Below, in pieces: positions 29,284 through 37,760 of a stretch of DNA of 64,000 nucleotides. The position numbers and the translations under genes are program-made. Position 1 is the stretch's first letter, and every line of letters starts with the position of its first letter. The notes under the pieces are model-generated. The model had not been told where the DNA came from. It did not search any database and was given only the letters and a program-made list of their open reading frames with translations. This stretch comes from Coriobacteriales bacterium (GTDB taxonomy: Bacteria > Actinomycetota > Coriobacteriia > Coriobacteriales > UBA8131), in assembly GCA_031290175.1 (NCBI GenBank), contig JAITOC010000009.1, forward strand, positions 10,285 to 74,284, written 5' to 3'.

Positions 29284-31179
29284 CTAGATGCCGAGGAGAT
29301 CACGCTTCTTCTCGATTCCAGCGATTATTGCCTGGACGAGTTCATCCGGGTCGGTATTGATGTTGTAGCCGGCACCGGATATCTTCCGGGTTCCCTCAGT
29401 AATCAGCTGCATCATCTGCTCGCTCCCCTTGACCTGAGGCTCGATTCCCAGATAGGTGTCGATCCCTGTGGCGACGACATAATTCGCGATAGCGACGGCC
29501 TTCTCGCTCATCCACTCGGGCGCACATCCGACGACGGGGATGGAGGTGATGGGGACTTCCCATTGTTCGGCTATATCCGAGGCCAGCAGCATCATGCGGC
29601 TGATATCCACACAGGCTCCCATATGCAGGATTGGAGGGATACCGACAAGCGTGCAGACCCTCTTGAGTCCGTCGCCGCAGACCTCTTTTGCCGCTTTACT
29701 CATAAGGCCCGCCTTTGTGGCCGCCTGCGCCGCGCAACCCGTCGTGATAACGAGGATGTCGTGCTCCAGAAGTCGCCTCATGATCTCGATGTGGGAGTAA
29801 TCAGGACGAACCTTGGGGTTGTTACAACCCACCATGGCGACCGCGCCGCGCAGGACACCCGATTTGATCGCGTCGATAACCGGACGATAGGATCCTCGCT
29901 CTTCGACATGGCTGTTGGTGACTCCATCGAGCTCCTTGATGATCTGCTCATTGGGATAACCGACCGTCGCGTTCTCCTTGCTGGTGGGTATCCAGGCTCT
30001 GCTCTCATCACGATTTGCAAAGTTGTCGATGGCGTCTTTGACAATCTGCTTTGCCTGCTCCAGAGCCGTCTCGGGCACAAACTTGATATACTCGGAGCCG
30101 GGTATCCGGCAGATGGGAGAGGTCGTCACAAACCGGGTATGGAAGCACTCGGTCAAAGGGCCGAGCGAAGGGAAGATGCACTGCACATCGACACACATCA
30201 TATCGACCACACCAGTGAGCACCACATTCTCCTGCTGAAGGAAGTTCCCTACCATGCGTACACCGTGGCGCATGGCAACCTCGTTCGCGGTACAGCAGAG
30301 ACCTACAAGATTGATCCCCTTGATACCCTTGCTCTTGCAGTAACTCTGGAGCTCTGGCAGGTCGGCAACCGTAACCACCATCTCTGAGAAGGCGGGGTCG
30401 TGACCGTGTACGACGATATTGACCATATCCTTTTCCAGCACACCGAGATTACCTTCGGTGTCGCGCGCGGTGGGCGTCCCAAACATGATGTCGGTGAAAT
30501 CGGTGCCGATCATCGATCCGCCCCACCCATCGGCCATGCCAACGCGAAGGCTCTGACGAACCAGCACCTCGGCATCCGCCGTATTGCCCATATGGCTCAT
30601 GTGGAGTGAAGACGATATCTCTCGGTCAATCGCACGTGGCGCTATCTCCTCGCGCTCCCAGAGTTCTTGGCGCTCCTTTGTGGCTCGCTTGAGAAGAACC
30701 TGGGTGCCAAAGGGCTTCCCAAACTCATTGAGGGCGAACAGGGCGACATCATGGGCGACATCATAGACATCGCGATCTTCAAAGGCGATGTCCCATTCCG
30801 TTGCGACCCTCTTGAGCTTTGCCTCATCACGGATGATATAGGGACCTTCGGGCTTTGTTGCAAGGAGGGTGTGTGCTATCTCGCGCGCGTGGTCTGAATG
30901 AGCCGCTGAACCCGCTGCCGCCATGCGGAGGTAGTGCCGCCCCGCGATGGTATGGGCGTCCGCGCCACATATCCCGCGTGGAGCTTTGGCCGTGATGCGG
31001 CAAGGCCCCATGGAGCATATCCTGCAGCAGATGCCTTCCTCGCCGAACTTGCAGTGCGGAGTCTGCTTCTCGTTGCGGTCAGCCCAGGTCTCCGTACACG
31101 CCTCGCAGGCAAGTTCATGCAGTTTTGCGGTATCGGCTTCCATCTGTTCAATGGTGGTGAAGTTCAATTCCGGTTTCAA
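29284..31179 (-). CDS. acsA: anaerobic carbon monoxide dehydrogenase catalytic subunit
   Basis: 631 aa. Has the N-terminal cluster motif CKFGEEGICCRICSMGPCRI and length typical of CooS/AcsA. Confidence 0.95.
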   Translation of the reverse strand: MKPELNFTTIEQMEADTAKLHELACEACTETWADRNEKQTPHCKFGEEGICCRICSMGPCRITAKAPRGICGADAHTIAGRHYLRMAAAGSAAHSDHAREIAHTLLATKPEGPYIIRDEAKLKRVATEWDIAFEDRDVYDVAHDVALFALNEFGKPFGTQVLLKRATKERQELWEREEIAPRAIDREISSSLHMSHMGNTADAEVLVRQSLRVGMADGWGGSMIGTDFTDIMFGTPTARDTEGNLGVLEKDMVNIVVHGHDPAFSEMVVTVADLPELQSYCKSKGIKGINLVGLCCTANEVAMRHGVRMVGNFLQQENVVLTGVVDMMCVDVQCIFPSLGPLTECFHTRFVTTSPICRIPGSEYIKFVPETALEQAKQIVKDAIDNFANRDESRAWIPTSKENATVGYPNEQIIKELDGVTNSHVEERGSYRPVIDAIKSGVLRGAVAMVGCNNPKVRPDYSHIEIMRRLLEHDILVITTGCAAQAATKAGLMSKAAKEVCGDGLKRVCTLVGIPPILHMGACVDISRMMLLASDIAEQWEVPITSIPVVGCAPEWMSEKAVAIANYVVATGIDTYLGIEPQVKGSEQMMQLITEGTRKISGAGYNINTDPDELVQAIIAGIEKKRDLLGI

Positions 31180-31215
31180 GATCTCTCCTTTCCAAATCAG
31201 TCCTCTGTGTGTCGC

Positions 31216-31986
31216 CTAGACGATTATCCGAGACAGAATCTCCTCGAAGGCAATCCGGGCAGATGAATCAACAGGGAGCTGTATGGTTGGCTTCCCCTCA
31301 CAGTCAAAGGCGTAGACCAGGGGGTCTGCCGGGACGATCCCCGCAAAATCGAAGCCCTGGAACTCGATCTCCTCGGCCGTCCCTGGATCCAATACCCCAT
31401 CTGGTGCCCTGTTAACAATGAGCTTCATGGCACTGGGTTTCAATGCAAGCTCGTTGACCAACTCTTGGATGCGCGCAGCCGCCTGTATGCCTCGGCGCGA
31501 ACAGTCGGACACGAGGATGACCATATCGATCGCAGGCAAAGTGCCTCTGCTGATATGCTCCATTCCTGCCTCGTTATCGACAATGAGATAGCGATAGCTG
31601 TCGACGTATTTTCTGATACGCCCCTGTAGCAGATCATTGACGAAGCAGTAGCAGCCCTTACCCTGCGTCCGACCCATGACGATCAGGTCATAGTCGTCTT
31701 CTTCGATAAGGGTTCTGCCAAAGTAGGCATCGAGGTAGTCCTGCTTCGACATTGAAGCAGGAATGGGATCCTCCGTGTCGAAGTCCGCATTCGCGATCTT
31801 CTCGCGGAGGTCACCTAAGGTGTAATCGACCTTGACACCGAGCACCTCGTTGAGGTTGGAGTTCGCATCGGCGTCCACTACGAGCACGGGCTTCTTCCCT
31901 ACCCGTGTGAGATAGTCAACCAGCAGCCCCGTCAATGTTGTTTTGCCGGTTCCACCCTTACCTGCGACGGCGATGATATAGGCCAT
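31216..31986 (-). CDS. cooC: CooC-type nickel-insertion ATPase (second copy)
   Basis: 256 aa with GKGGTGKTT and the CxC motif (CYC). Confidence 0.9.
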   Translation of the reverse strand: MAYIIAVAGKGGTGKTTLTGLLVDYLTRVGKKPVLVVDADANSNLNEVLGVKVDYTLGDLREKIANADFDTEDPIPASMSKQDYLDAYFGRTLIEEDDYDLIVMGRTQGKGCYCFVNDLLQGRIRKYVDSYRYLIVDNEAGMEHISRGTLPAIDMVILVSDCSRRGIQAAARIQELVNELALKPSAMKLIVNRAPDGVLDPGTAEEIEFQGFDFAGIVPADPLVYAFDCEGKPTIQLPVDSSARIAFEEILSRIIV

Positions 31987-31988
31987 AG

Positions 31989-32789
31989 TCAGTTCTGTCC
32001 AAAAAGGCCCTCACGGAATGCCTCAAGATAGTTCATGCAGTATTCATCGTTGCCGAGAAGCGCATCGACGGCGTGCATGGTCGCCTGCATGTCGGCAGAC
32101 ATCGGATCCATGATGGCACTGTCCATCCCGGCGGCCATCGCAAGCGCGAGGAACTGGGTGTTGAGCGCCTTGCGATAGGGCATACCGAAGGATATGTTGC
32201 TCAGACCGGAGGTGATGTGCACGTCCGGGAATGCTGCCTTTATCAAACGAACTGCCTGGTTGAATCCCACCAGTGAGTCACCCTTGGTAGCAAGGGTCGT
32301 AACCAGAGGATCGATGAGCAGGTTATCGTGGGGAATCCCATTCTGATCCGCGAGTGCGACGATCTTTTTTGCGATCTCGAACTTGACCTGTGGATCCTCC
32401 GGTATTCCGTTGTCATCGCAGGTAAGAGCGACAACCTTCCAGTTGGTGCCAGCAATAGCGGGAAGGACGATCTCGCATTTGCCTGATTCGAGCGAGATGG
32501 AATTGATGAGACCCTCTTTGTTGGCCCGTGGAATCATGTCGACTATGACCTGGGGGTCTGAGCTGTCGATACACAGAGGGGTGTCGACGGTACCCTGAAC
32601 AAGATCGATGAGCCACTCCATGGTTTCGTGCTCGATGGCGGGCTCCACGCCGGCGCAGACGTCGATGTACGAAGCTCTGCCTGCAGCCTGTTTGGTCGCG
32701 AGCTCCTTGATGTACTTCTCGTCGTGCGCCTTGATGGCCTCAAGCGTCTTGGGGATGAACCCGTTTATCTTCTCGCCGATGATTATCAT
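31989..32789 (-). CDS. pterin-binding methyltetrahydrofolate:corrinoid methyltransferase paralog (candidate MT2)
   Basis: Begins MIIIGEKINGF and contains SGLSNISFGMPYR and LAMAAGMDSAI. ATG 32789 is preceded by GAAGGAGGA; the track start is 32834. It is the first gene of the acs cluster. Confidence 0.85.
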   Translation of the reverse strand: MIIIGEKINGFIPKTLEAIKAHDEKYIKELATKQAAGRASYIDVCAGVEPAIEHETMEWLIDLVQGTVDTPLCIDSSDPQVIVDMIPRANKEGLINSISLESGKCEIVLPAIAGTNWKVVALTCDDNGIPEDPQVKFEIAKKIVALADQNGIPHDNLLIDPLVTTLATKGDSLVGFNQAVRLIKAAFPDVHITSGLSNISFGMPYRKALNTQFLALAMAAGMDSAIMDPMSADMQATMHAVDALLGNDEYCMNYLEAFREGLFGQN

Positions 32790-33042
32790 GTGATCCTCCT
32801 TCATAGTCCCGCTCGGTCTTCTGGTCAGCGTCAAAGGGGGATACCCTATGGCTGCACTATCAGACTAGGGGTTGAAAATATTCACAGCAATCCGTTTGAT
32901 TGATGGAGAGATGATGCGTGTTTTCCTACACAATGCCGGAAAGGTTCAGGCGGGTCGGGAGCATAGAGGGAATCTATAATGGAGCTTGTTCGGATGGACG
33001 CAGGAATCATGCAACCGGGGGAGCCTTGAAAGGAGAACCATC

Positions 33043-33363
33043 ATGCACACTGAATCAGGACACACTTCACATCCACACGAGCATTCGCACGCACATATCC
33101 ATGAGCATTCACATGAGCACCCCTGTGATAACCTGCACACCCATCAGCATCCCGTGGGACAGAATGAGACCAGCGCGCTGCTGGGATATCTCATCGAGCA
33201 CAACACGCAGCACACCGACGAGCTGCTCACCCTTGCCGGCGATGCACAACAGAACGGATTGGTCGAGGTAGCAAAACGCATCGAAGCCGGTGCGACGCTC
33301 TACCGATCAGGCACCGAGGAGCTGGTCAAAGCACACGCACTCCTAAGAAAGGCGACAGTATAA
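33043..33363 (+). CDS. histidine-rich putative Ni/Co-binding protein (CooJ-like role inferred)
   Basis: 106 aa from ATG 33043, preceded by AAAGGAGAA. The N-terminal 40 residues are about 40 percent His (HPHEHSHAHIHEHSHEH), followed by a helical C-terminal domain. TAATG overlap with cooT. Confidence 0.6.
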   Translation: MHTESGHTSHPHEHSHAHIHEHSHEHPCDNLHTHQHPVGQNETSALLGYLIEHNTQHTDELLTLAGDAQQNGLVEVAKRIEAGATLYRSGTEELVKAHALLRKATV

Positions 33364-33557
33364 TGTGCCTCTCAACAGTACGCTACGCAACTGACAGCGA
33401 GTCGGACGCCCCTATCGCCAGCAACGTCACCTCTGTCGTTGTCAACGGCAGCAGGATAATGCTTACCGACCTTATGGGAAGCGAAATTGAGGTTGTTGGG
33501 GCAATCGTGCGGGTTGATCTCATAAAGAACCATATCATCATCGCGACCGCTGCTTGA
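33363..33557 (+). CDS. cooT: CooT family nickel-binding CODH maturation protein
   Basis: 64 aa. Starts MC (conserved Cys2) and shows the CooT-like pattern ...IMLTDLMGSEIEVVGAIVRVDLIKNHIII. Confidence 0.78.
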   Translation: MCLSTVRYATDSESDAPIASNVTSVVVNGSRIMLTDLMGSEIEVVGAIVRVDLIKNHIIIATAA

Positions 33558-33569
33558 ACACACTTCGGA

Positions 33570-35072
33570 TCACTCGTTCTTGAGCAGCTCGAATGACAGA
33601 AGCACGTACCACTGAGAATCGAAGTTCGTCATGTCGATGCCACATATCTTCTGGATACGCTCAAGCCGATAAGAAAGCGTGGTGCGATGGATGAAGAGCT
33701 CACGTGCCGTATGTGCCAGATTGAGATGGTTTTTCAGGTAGACATACAGCGTATTGTACAGCTCGGCATGATGCTCCCTGTCGTATGCTCTCAGGGCAAG
33801 CAGTTCCGGGGAACAGACCAAGGTCGCAGGTAGTGCCGTAGTGCAACTTTTAAGCAGGAGTGGCTTCACGATCCTATCGAAATGGAACAGTTCTCTATAG
33901 GGAAACGCCTGGGGGCCGAGCTCGAGCGCCAGGTCTGCTTGAGCACCATACTGACGCAGGTCGTCTAACCCGGAGAAGATGTTGCTCATCCCTGCTTTCA
34001 TGAAATTATCCCGCAGATACAGCGTCAATATCCGCTCAAACTCATCCCTGCTCCCCCGATACAGATCCAGATTGATGATAGCAACGATGCTTTCTCCGAG
34101 CTCGAACACGCCAGTCTCCGCAAGCATGCTCGCGATACGTTCGCGGATGAACCTGAGGGTTCGATCTCGATGCACCCTGATGTCGATGTGGAACCTCAGG
34201 GACACATAATGGTGCTGCGGCAACCACCCATAACCTTCGAGCTTCCTGACGATAGATTCCGTCTTCGTGAGGGAGCCCTCCATGATGAGTTTCAGGGTGT
34301 CCGCCAGACCGGGTTCCGCCGGGGTATACTCCGGCACGAAACCGATGGCCAGATGGGTGATCTCCGCAAGGTACTCCAACAAGACGGCGTCAGAGGATTT
34401 CAGAGCCTGCTTGAACTCAATCAGGATGAGGCGATACTTGAGCATGTCCTGTTGCACGATATTGACGCAGAACCCACGCTTCTCCTGTATGAGCAAGGGC
34501 AGGACATGGATACTCCCTGCCAGAGCTGAACTTGTGTCCATGGCAGAGCGCATCAGATAGGGCAACCGCATGCTGTTGAGAAGGGGCACCAGGTCAGGAT
34601 CTACCCCGATGTCATTCGAGAAGGCGACGGCCTTGAAGTTGACATCGTGAAGAAGCAGGGGGTTGCCGAACAGTTCGGTGCTCACATCGATCATCGCCTG
34701 CACATCCGATCCACTGCTGAGCATGGAATGTATACGTGCCTCCCAGAGATCATAGCGCGCAAAGATGTCCTGGAGGCCGTTGTGAACCTTGAACAGCGTA
34801 GCGCCGCTGTTGATGACAACGGCAGCATCGAAGTGCTCCAGGAGCTCCTCCGGAGCCGTACCGACGATGAGGATGAGCGATGAGACGGTGTTGGGAGGCA
34901 GAGGAATGTCGGAGGCGTCCTCGACAAGGTAGACCTGATCATCCATCCACGTTGTCCCCGGCTCGACGAAGAGGATGCGATGGATGACTGGCTTGCTGTC
35001 AGGCGTGCCGATAACGGTGCAATCAAAGGCCTCTTTCAGCCCCTCGGATATCATTTCAGCACTGATCTTCAT
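33570..35072 (-). CDS. PucR family transcriptional regulator
   Basis: 500 aa with the C-terminal PucR HTH ARELFIHRTTLSYRLERIQKICGIDM. ATGA overlap with the upstream DUF3786 gene. Confidence 0.85.
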   Translation of the reverse strand: MKISAEMISEGLKEAFDCTVIGTPDSKPVIHRILFVEPGTTWMDDQVYLVEDASDIPLPPNTVSSLILIVGTAPEELLEHFDAAVVINSGATLFKVHNGLQDIFARYDLWEARIHSMLSSGSDVQAMIDVSTELFGNPLLLHDVNFKAVAFSNDIGVDPDLVPLLNSMRLPYLMRSAMDTSSALAGSIHVLPLLIQEKRGFCVNIVQQDMLKYRLILIEFKQALKSSDAVLLEYLAEITHLAIGFVPEYTPAEPGLADTLKLIMEGSLTKTESIVRKLEGYGWLPQHHYVSLRFHIDIRVHRDRTLRFIRERIASMLAETGVFELGESIVAIINLDLYRGSRDEFERILTLYLRDNFMKAGMSNIFSGLDDLRQYGAQADLALELGPQAFPYRELFHFDRIVKPLLLKSCTTALPATLVCSPELLALRAYDREHHAELYNTLYVYLKNHLNLAHTARELFIHRTTLSYRLERIQKICGIDMTNFDSQWYVLLSFELLKNE

Positions 35073-35725
35073 CGTCTGCTGCCATTCCGTATGGCTATGA
35101 GATGGTTGATACTGATATCACCTATGACCGCAAGATCCTCCGCTGAGAACGCGGAGCGGAAGTTCTCGTCAAAGAGCACCTGGACTGACGGGGGGAACTC
35201 ATCATCTGCTGCCCATATCAGGATGCTCATGGGAAAACCGGAAAGGAACTCGAAGCAATACCCCACATCAGCATGAGCGACGCGTCTGGCATTGAGCTGT
35301 GATGCCCGCTCCATGACCTGCCCCAGGGATTCCGGATCACGACCGAACTCCCGCAGCAGTCTCCCAATGACGCGTCCCTGGAAATTGCTGGCATAGGTCT
35401 GTGCCCGGGGGAACTCCCGGTACGCCAACTCCCTGCCGGTCGGTTCCGTAAAGCACCCTTCGATGAGGAATCGCAGGATAAGGATACGTTCATAGGCTCG
35501 AGCTTCGGTGAGCTCTTCTTCTCTGACCATCGAGAAGTGTGGCCAGGATACCCGGTACCCCTGCCCCATGAGCGTCAGGCGGAACACCGCCGCGCCCTGC
35601 TCATATTCCAGCCCTGTGCGCAGGGCGATAACAGAGGGATCCATGCCCTCATAGAGAGCAGTGTAATGCTCAAGGGCTCGTGCGGTCAGCTGGTCATCCT
35701 GTGGGGACGGAGCCGTTTTTGCCAT
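35069..35725 (-). CDS. DUF3786 domain-containing protein
   Basis: 218 aa from ATG 35725, 11 nt after the RACo stop codon. The track ORF extends to 35974, but that part overlaps the RACo 3' end. It is a paralog of 45068-45745. The family name is from memory. Confidence 0.6.
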   Translation of the reverse strand: MAKTAPSPQDDQLTARALEHYTALYEGMDPSVIALRTGLEYEQGAAVFRLTLMGQGYRVSWPHFSMVREEELTEARAYERILILRFLIEGCFTEPTGRELAYREFPRAQTYASNFQGRVIGRLLREFGRDPESLGQVMERASQLNARRVAHADVGYCFEFLSGFPMSILIWAADDEFPPSVQVLFDENFRSAFSAEDLAVIGDISINHLIAIRNGSRR

Positions 35726-35738
35726 TCTCGCTACACTT

Positions 35739-37673
35739 TCATCTGGAAAAGAGCGATGCATCGGTATGGGGCAGGAAGCAGGCCGCGACGAATTCATCCA
35801 TATAGGACGGCATGGAGCTGAGCTCGACGTAGGTGATGTTATTCGCCAGAGCACACAGCTCGTCGTATGCCTCAGATGCCGAAAGAATCGCGTAGGAACC
35901 CGCCAGGGACGTATTCCCGATATAGGAATAACCCTCCCTTGGAATATTGGGCAGCATTCCAACTCCCACTGCATGCTCGATATCGATGGCGCTCCCTATG
36001 CCGCCCGCGATGTAGATGTGCTCGATGACGCTCATATCCATGTCCGCAATGGCAAGAATCGTGCGGATGGCCGAGAAGACCGAGCCTTTTGCGCGTATGA
36101 AGTTTTCGATATCCGCGTCATTCAGCGCCACCTCCTTGGCACCATCTGCCTCCTCAGCGGTTGCGATGATATAGGAGGTGCTTCCCCATTCGTCTTTTCG
36201 TATCCGATCCCCCTCCCGCTGAAACCGCCCTCGGGCATCTATGATCCCCGTCCGATAGAGTTCACCGATGGCGTCGATCAGACCCGAGCCGCAGACGCCC
36301 CTGGGCTTCTGATCGGGCTCCCCTATCACCTTGTAGCAGGGGTTCATCGTTGCGTCGTCAATCTCAAGCGCTTCGATAGCTCCATCGGTCGCCCGCATGC
36401 CGCAACTGATATCGCCTCCCTCAAAAGCAGGACCGGCGCTGCACGCACAGGCCATCAGGAAGTCAGAATTGCCGAAGACTATCTCACCGTTGGTTCCGAG
36501 GTCAATCAACATGGAAAAGGAGTCGCTGCGGCCGATCATGGAGGCAAGGACGCCCGCCGTTATGTCGCCCCCCACATAACTACCGACGGCGGGAGCAAGA
36601 AGCACGCGGGCATCAGGGTTTACCTCAGCCATCAACTCGGAGCCCCGGAGCCCCTCCAGGGAGAAGAATGCGGGAACGTAGGGCTCCAGCCGCAAATGGT
36701 TGCCGTAGACCCCCGTGAAGAGATGGATCATCGTGGTATTGCCCGCTACGGCGACACGCACGATGGAGGAAGCGCGGCGATTGATGCTTTCGACCAGGGA
36801 TCTCACCAATGGCTGCAGGCACTCTGTGACGATCGCCTCGCGCAAGCGCTCCAGACCGCCTGCGCGAGTGGACTCGATAAGGCGATTGATGACATCGGCA
36901 CCGAAGCGTATCTGCCCGTTGCCCGCCGACCCCGAGGCCAGTATCTGTCCGGTACTGAGGTCGGTCAGCAAGGCCGATACCGTCGTCGTACCGATATCGA
37001 TCGCCAGCCCCAGAGGAGCCTCGTTCTTGGATGAGACATCAAGGATGGTCAGGTTCCCGTTCGATTCCGTCTGGATAGTTGCCACAACGGTAAAGTCTGT
37101 CTCGCGGAGCGCGTGTGGCAAGACGCGAAGCGCACCGATTCCGACGCTTATCCTCTCCTCGGATACCCCAGTGCTTCCCGCCAGGGCGTGTAGCAGGCGC
37201 TCCTGATCCGCCTGGGCATCATCAAGCGTGGGAACCGAAAGGCTGACCTCACGCAACTCATACCCCTCAACAAGGGTGTGTCCAAGGCGAGCCAGTATCC
37301 CAGTAATGGCCGTGCGTGCGGCCTCCTCACGTGGGTTATCACTGCTGGAGACTCGTATTCCGCTCTGATATGCGGAGGCCTCAACGGGAACCTCAACCTC
37401 GATATCCCCGCGCAGGGTGCTGACGCATGCCAAGACCCATCCTTGGGCTGATTCCGCATCGTTTATGTGGCGGTTCTTGGGACTTTCCACCTCGCCGCGA
37501 ACCACGCGCACGCGACACTTCCCACAGGTCATATTCCCTGCACAGGGAGCGTCGATGGGCACGTTCGCATGCTTTGCGCTATCCAGCAGACTTGTGCCAA
37601 CGGCTGTTGATGCAACAATCTTCCGACCATCAGCAAGAGCGAAATTGACCCTGACAGCATCCATGTGAACCAA
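35739..37673 (-). CDS. reductive activator of corrinoid proteins (RACo; [2Fe-2S] plus ASKHA/DUF4445 ATPase, COG3894)
   Basis: 644 aa. Has the N-terminal plant-type ferredoxin motif CAGNMTCGKCRV and an ASKHA region GLAIDIGTTTV...DLGTNGEI. Alternative ATG at 37664. Confidence 0.85.
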   Translation of the reverse strand: MVHMDAVRVNFALADGRKIVASTAVGTSLLDSAKHANVPIDAPCAGNMTCGKCRVRVVRGEVESPKNRHINDAESAQGWVLACVSTLRGDIEVEVPVEASAYQSGIRVSSSDNPREEAARTAITGILARLGHTLVEGYELREVSLSVPTLDDAQADQERLLHALAGSTGVSEERISVGIGALRVLPHALRETDFTVVATIQTESNGNLTILDVSSKNEAPLGLAIDIGTTTVSALLTDLSTGQILASGSAGNGQIRFGADVINRLIESTRAGGLERLREAIVTECLQPLVRSLVESINRRASSIVRVAVAGNTTMIHLFTGVYGNHLRLEPYVPAFFSLEGLRGSELMAEVNPDARVLLAPAVGSYVGGDITAGVLASMIGRSDSFSMLIDLGTNGEIVFGNSDFLMACACSAGPAFEGGDISCGMRATDGAIEALEIDDATMNPCYKVIGEPDQKPRGVCGSGLIDAIGELYRTGIIDARGRFQREGDRIRKDEWGSTSYIIATAEEADGAKEVALNDADIENFIRAKGSVFSAIRTILAIADMDMSVIEHIYIAGGIGSAIDIEHAVGVGMLPNIPREGYSYIGNTSLAGSYAILSASEAYDELCALANNITYVELSSMPSYMDEFVAACFLPHTDASLFSR

Positions 37674-37760
37674 CGTTCTACTCTATTTTCCCTGTGGGTA
37701 TAGTTTATGTTCTGTAGAGCGTTTATTTCTTGTGATAAATCACCCAGCTTTTGTAATTTC

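Noticed and set aside
32918-33271. 117-aa plus-strand ORF overlapping the His-rich gene (HIHTSIRTHISMSIHMSTPV...).
   Set aside because: It is the CAC/CAT-rich repeat region read in an alternative frame. The frame starting at ATG 33043 has a strong AAAGGAGAA RBS and couples to cooT.
35726-35974. N-terminal 83-aa extension of the DUF3786 ORF (track start 35974). The 47-aa extension of the hisE ORF (50577-50717) is similar.
   Set aside because: The extensions overlap the 3' ends of the upstream genes (RACo, hisI) in another frame and have Cys/Arg/Pro-rich nonsense composition. Internal ATGs sit right after the upstream stops and give homolog-like N-termini.
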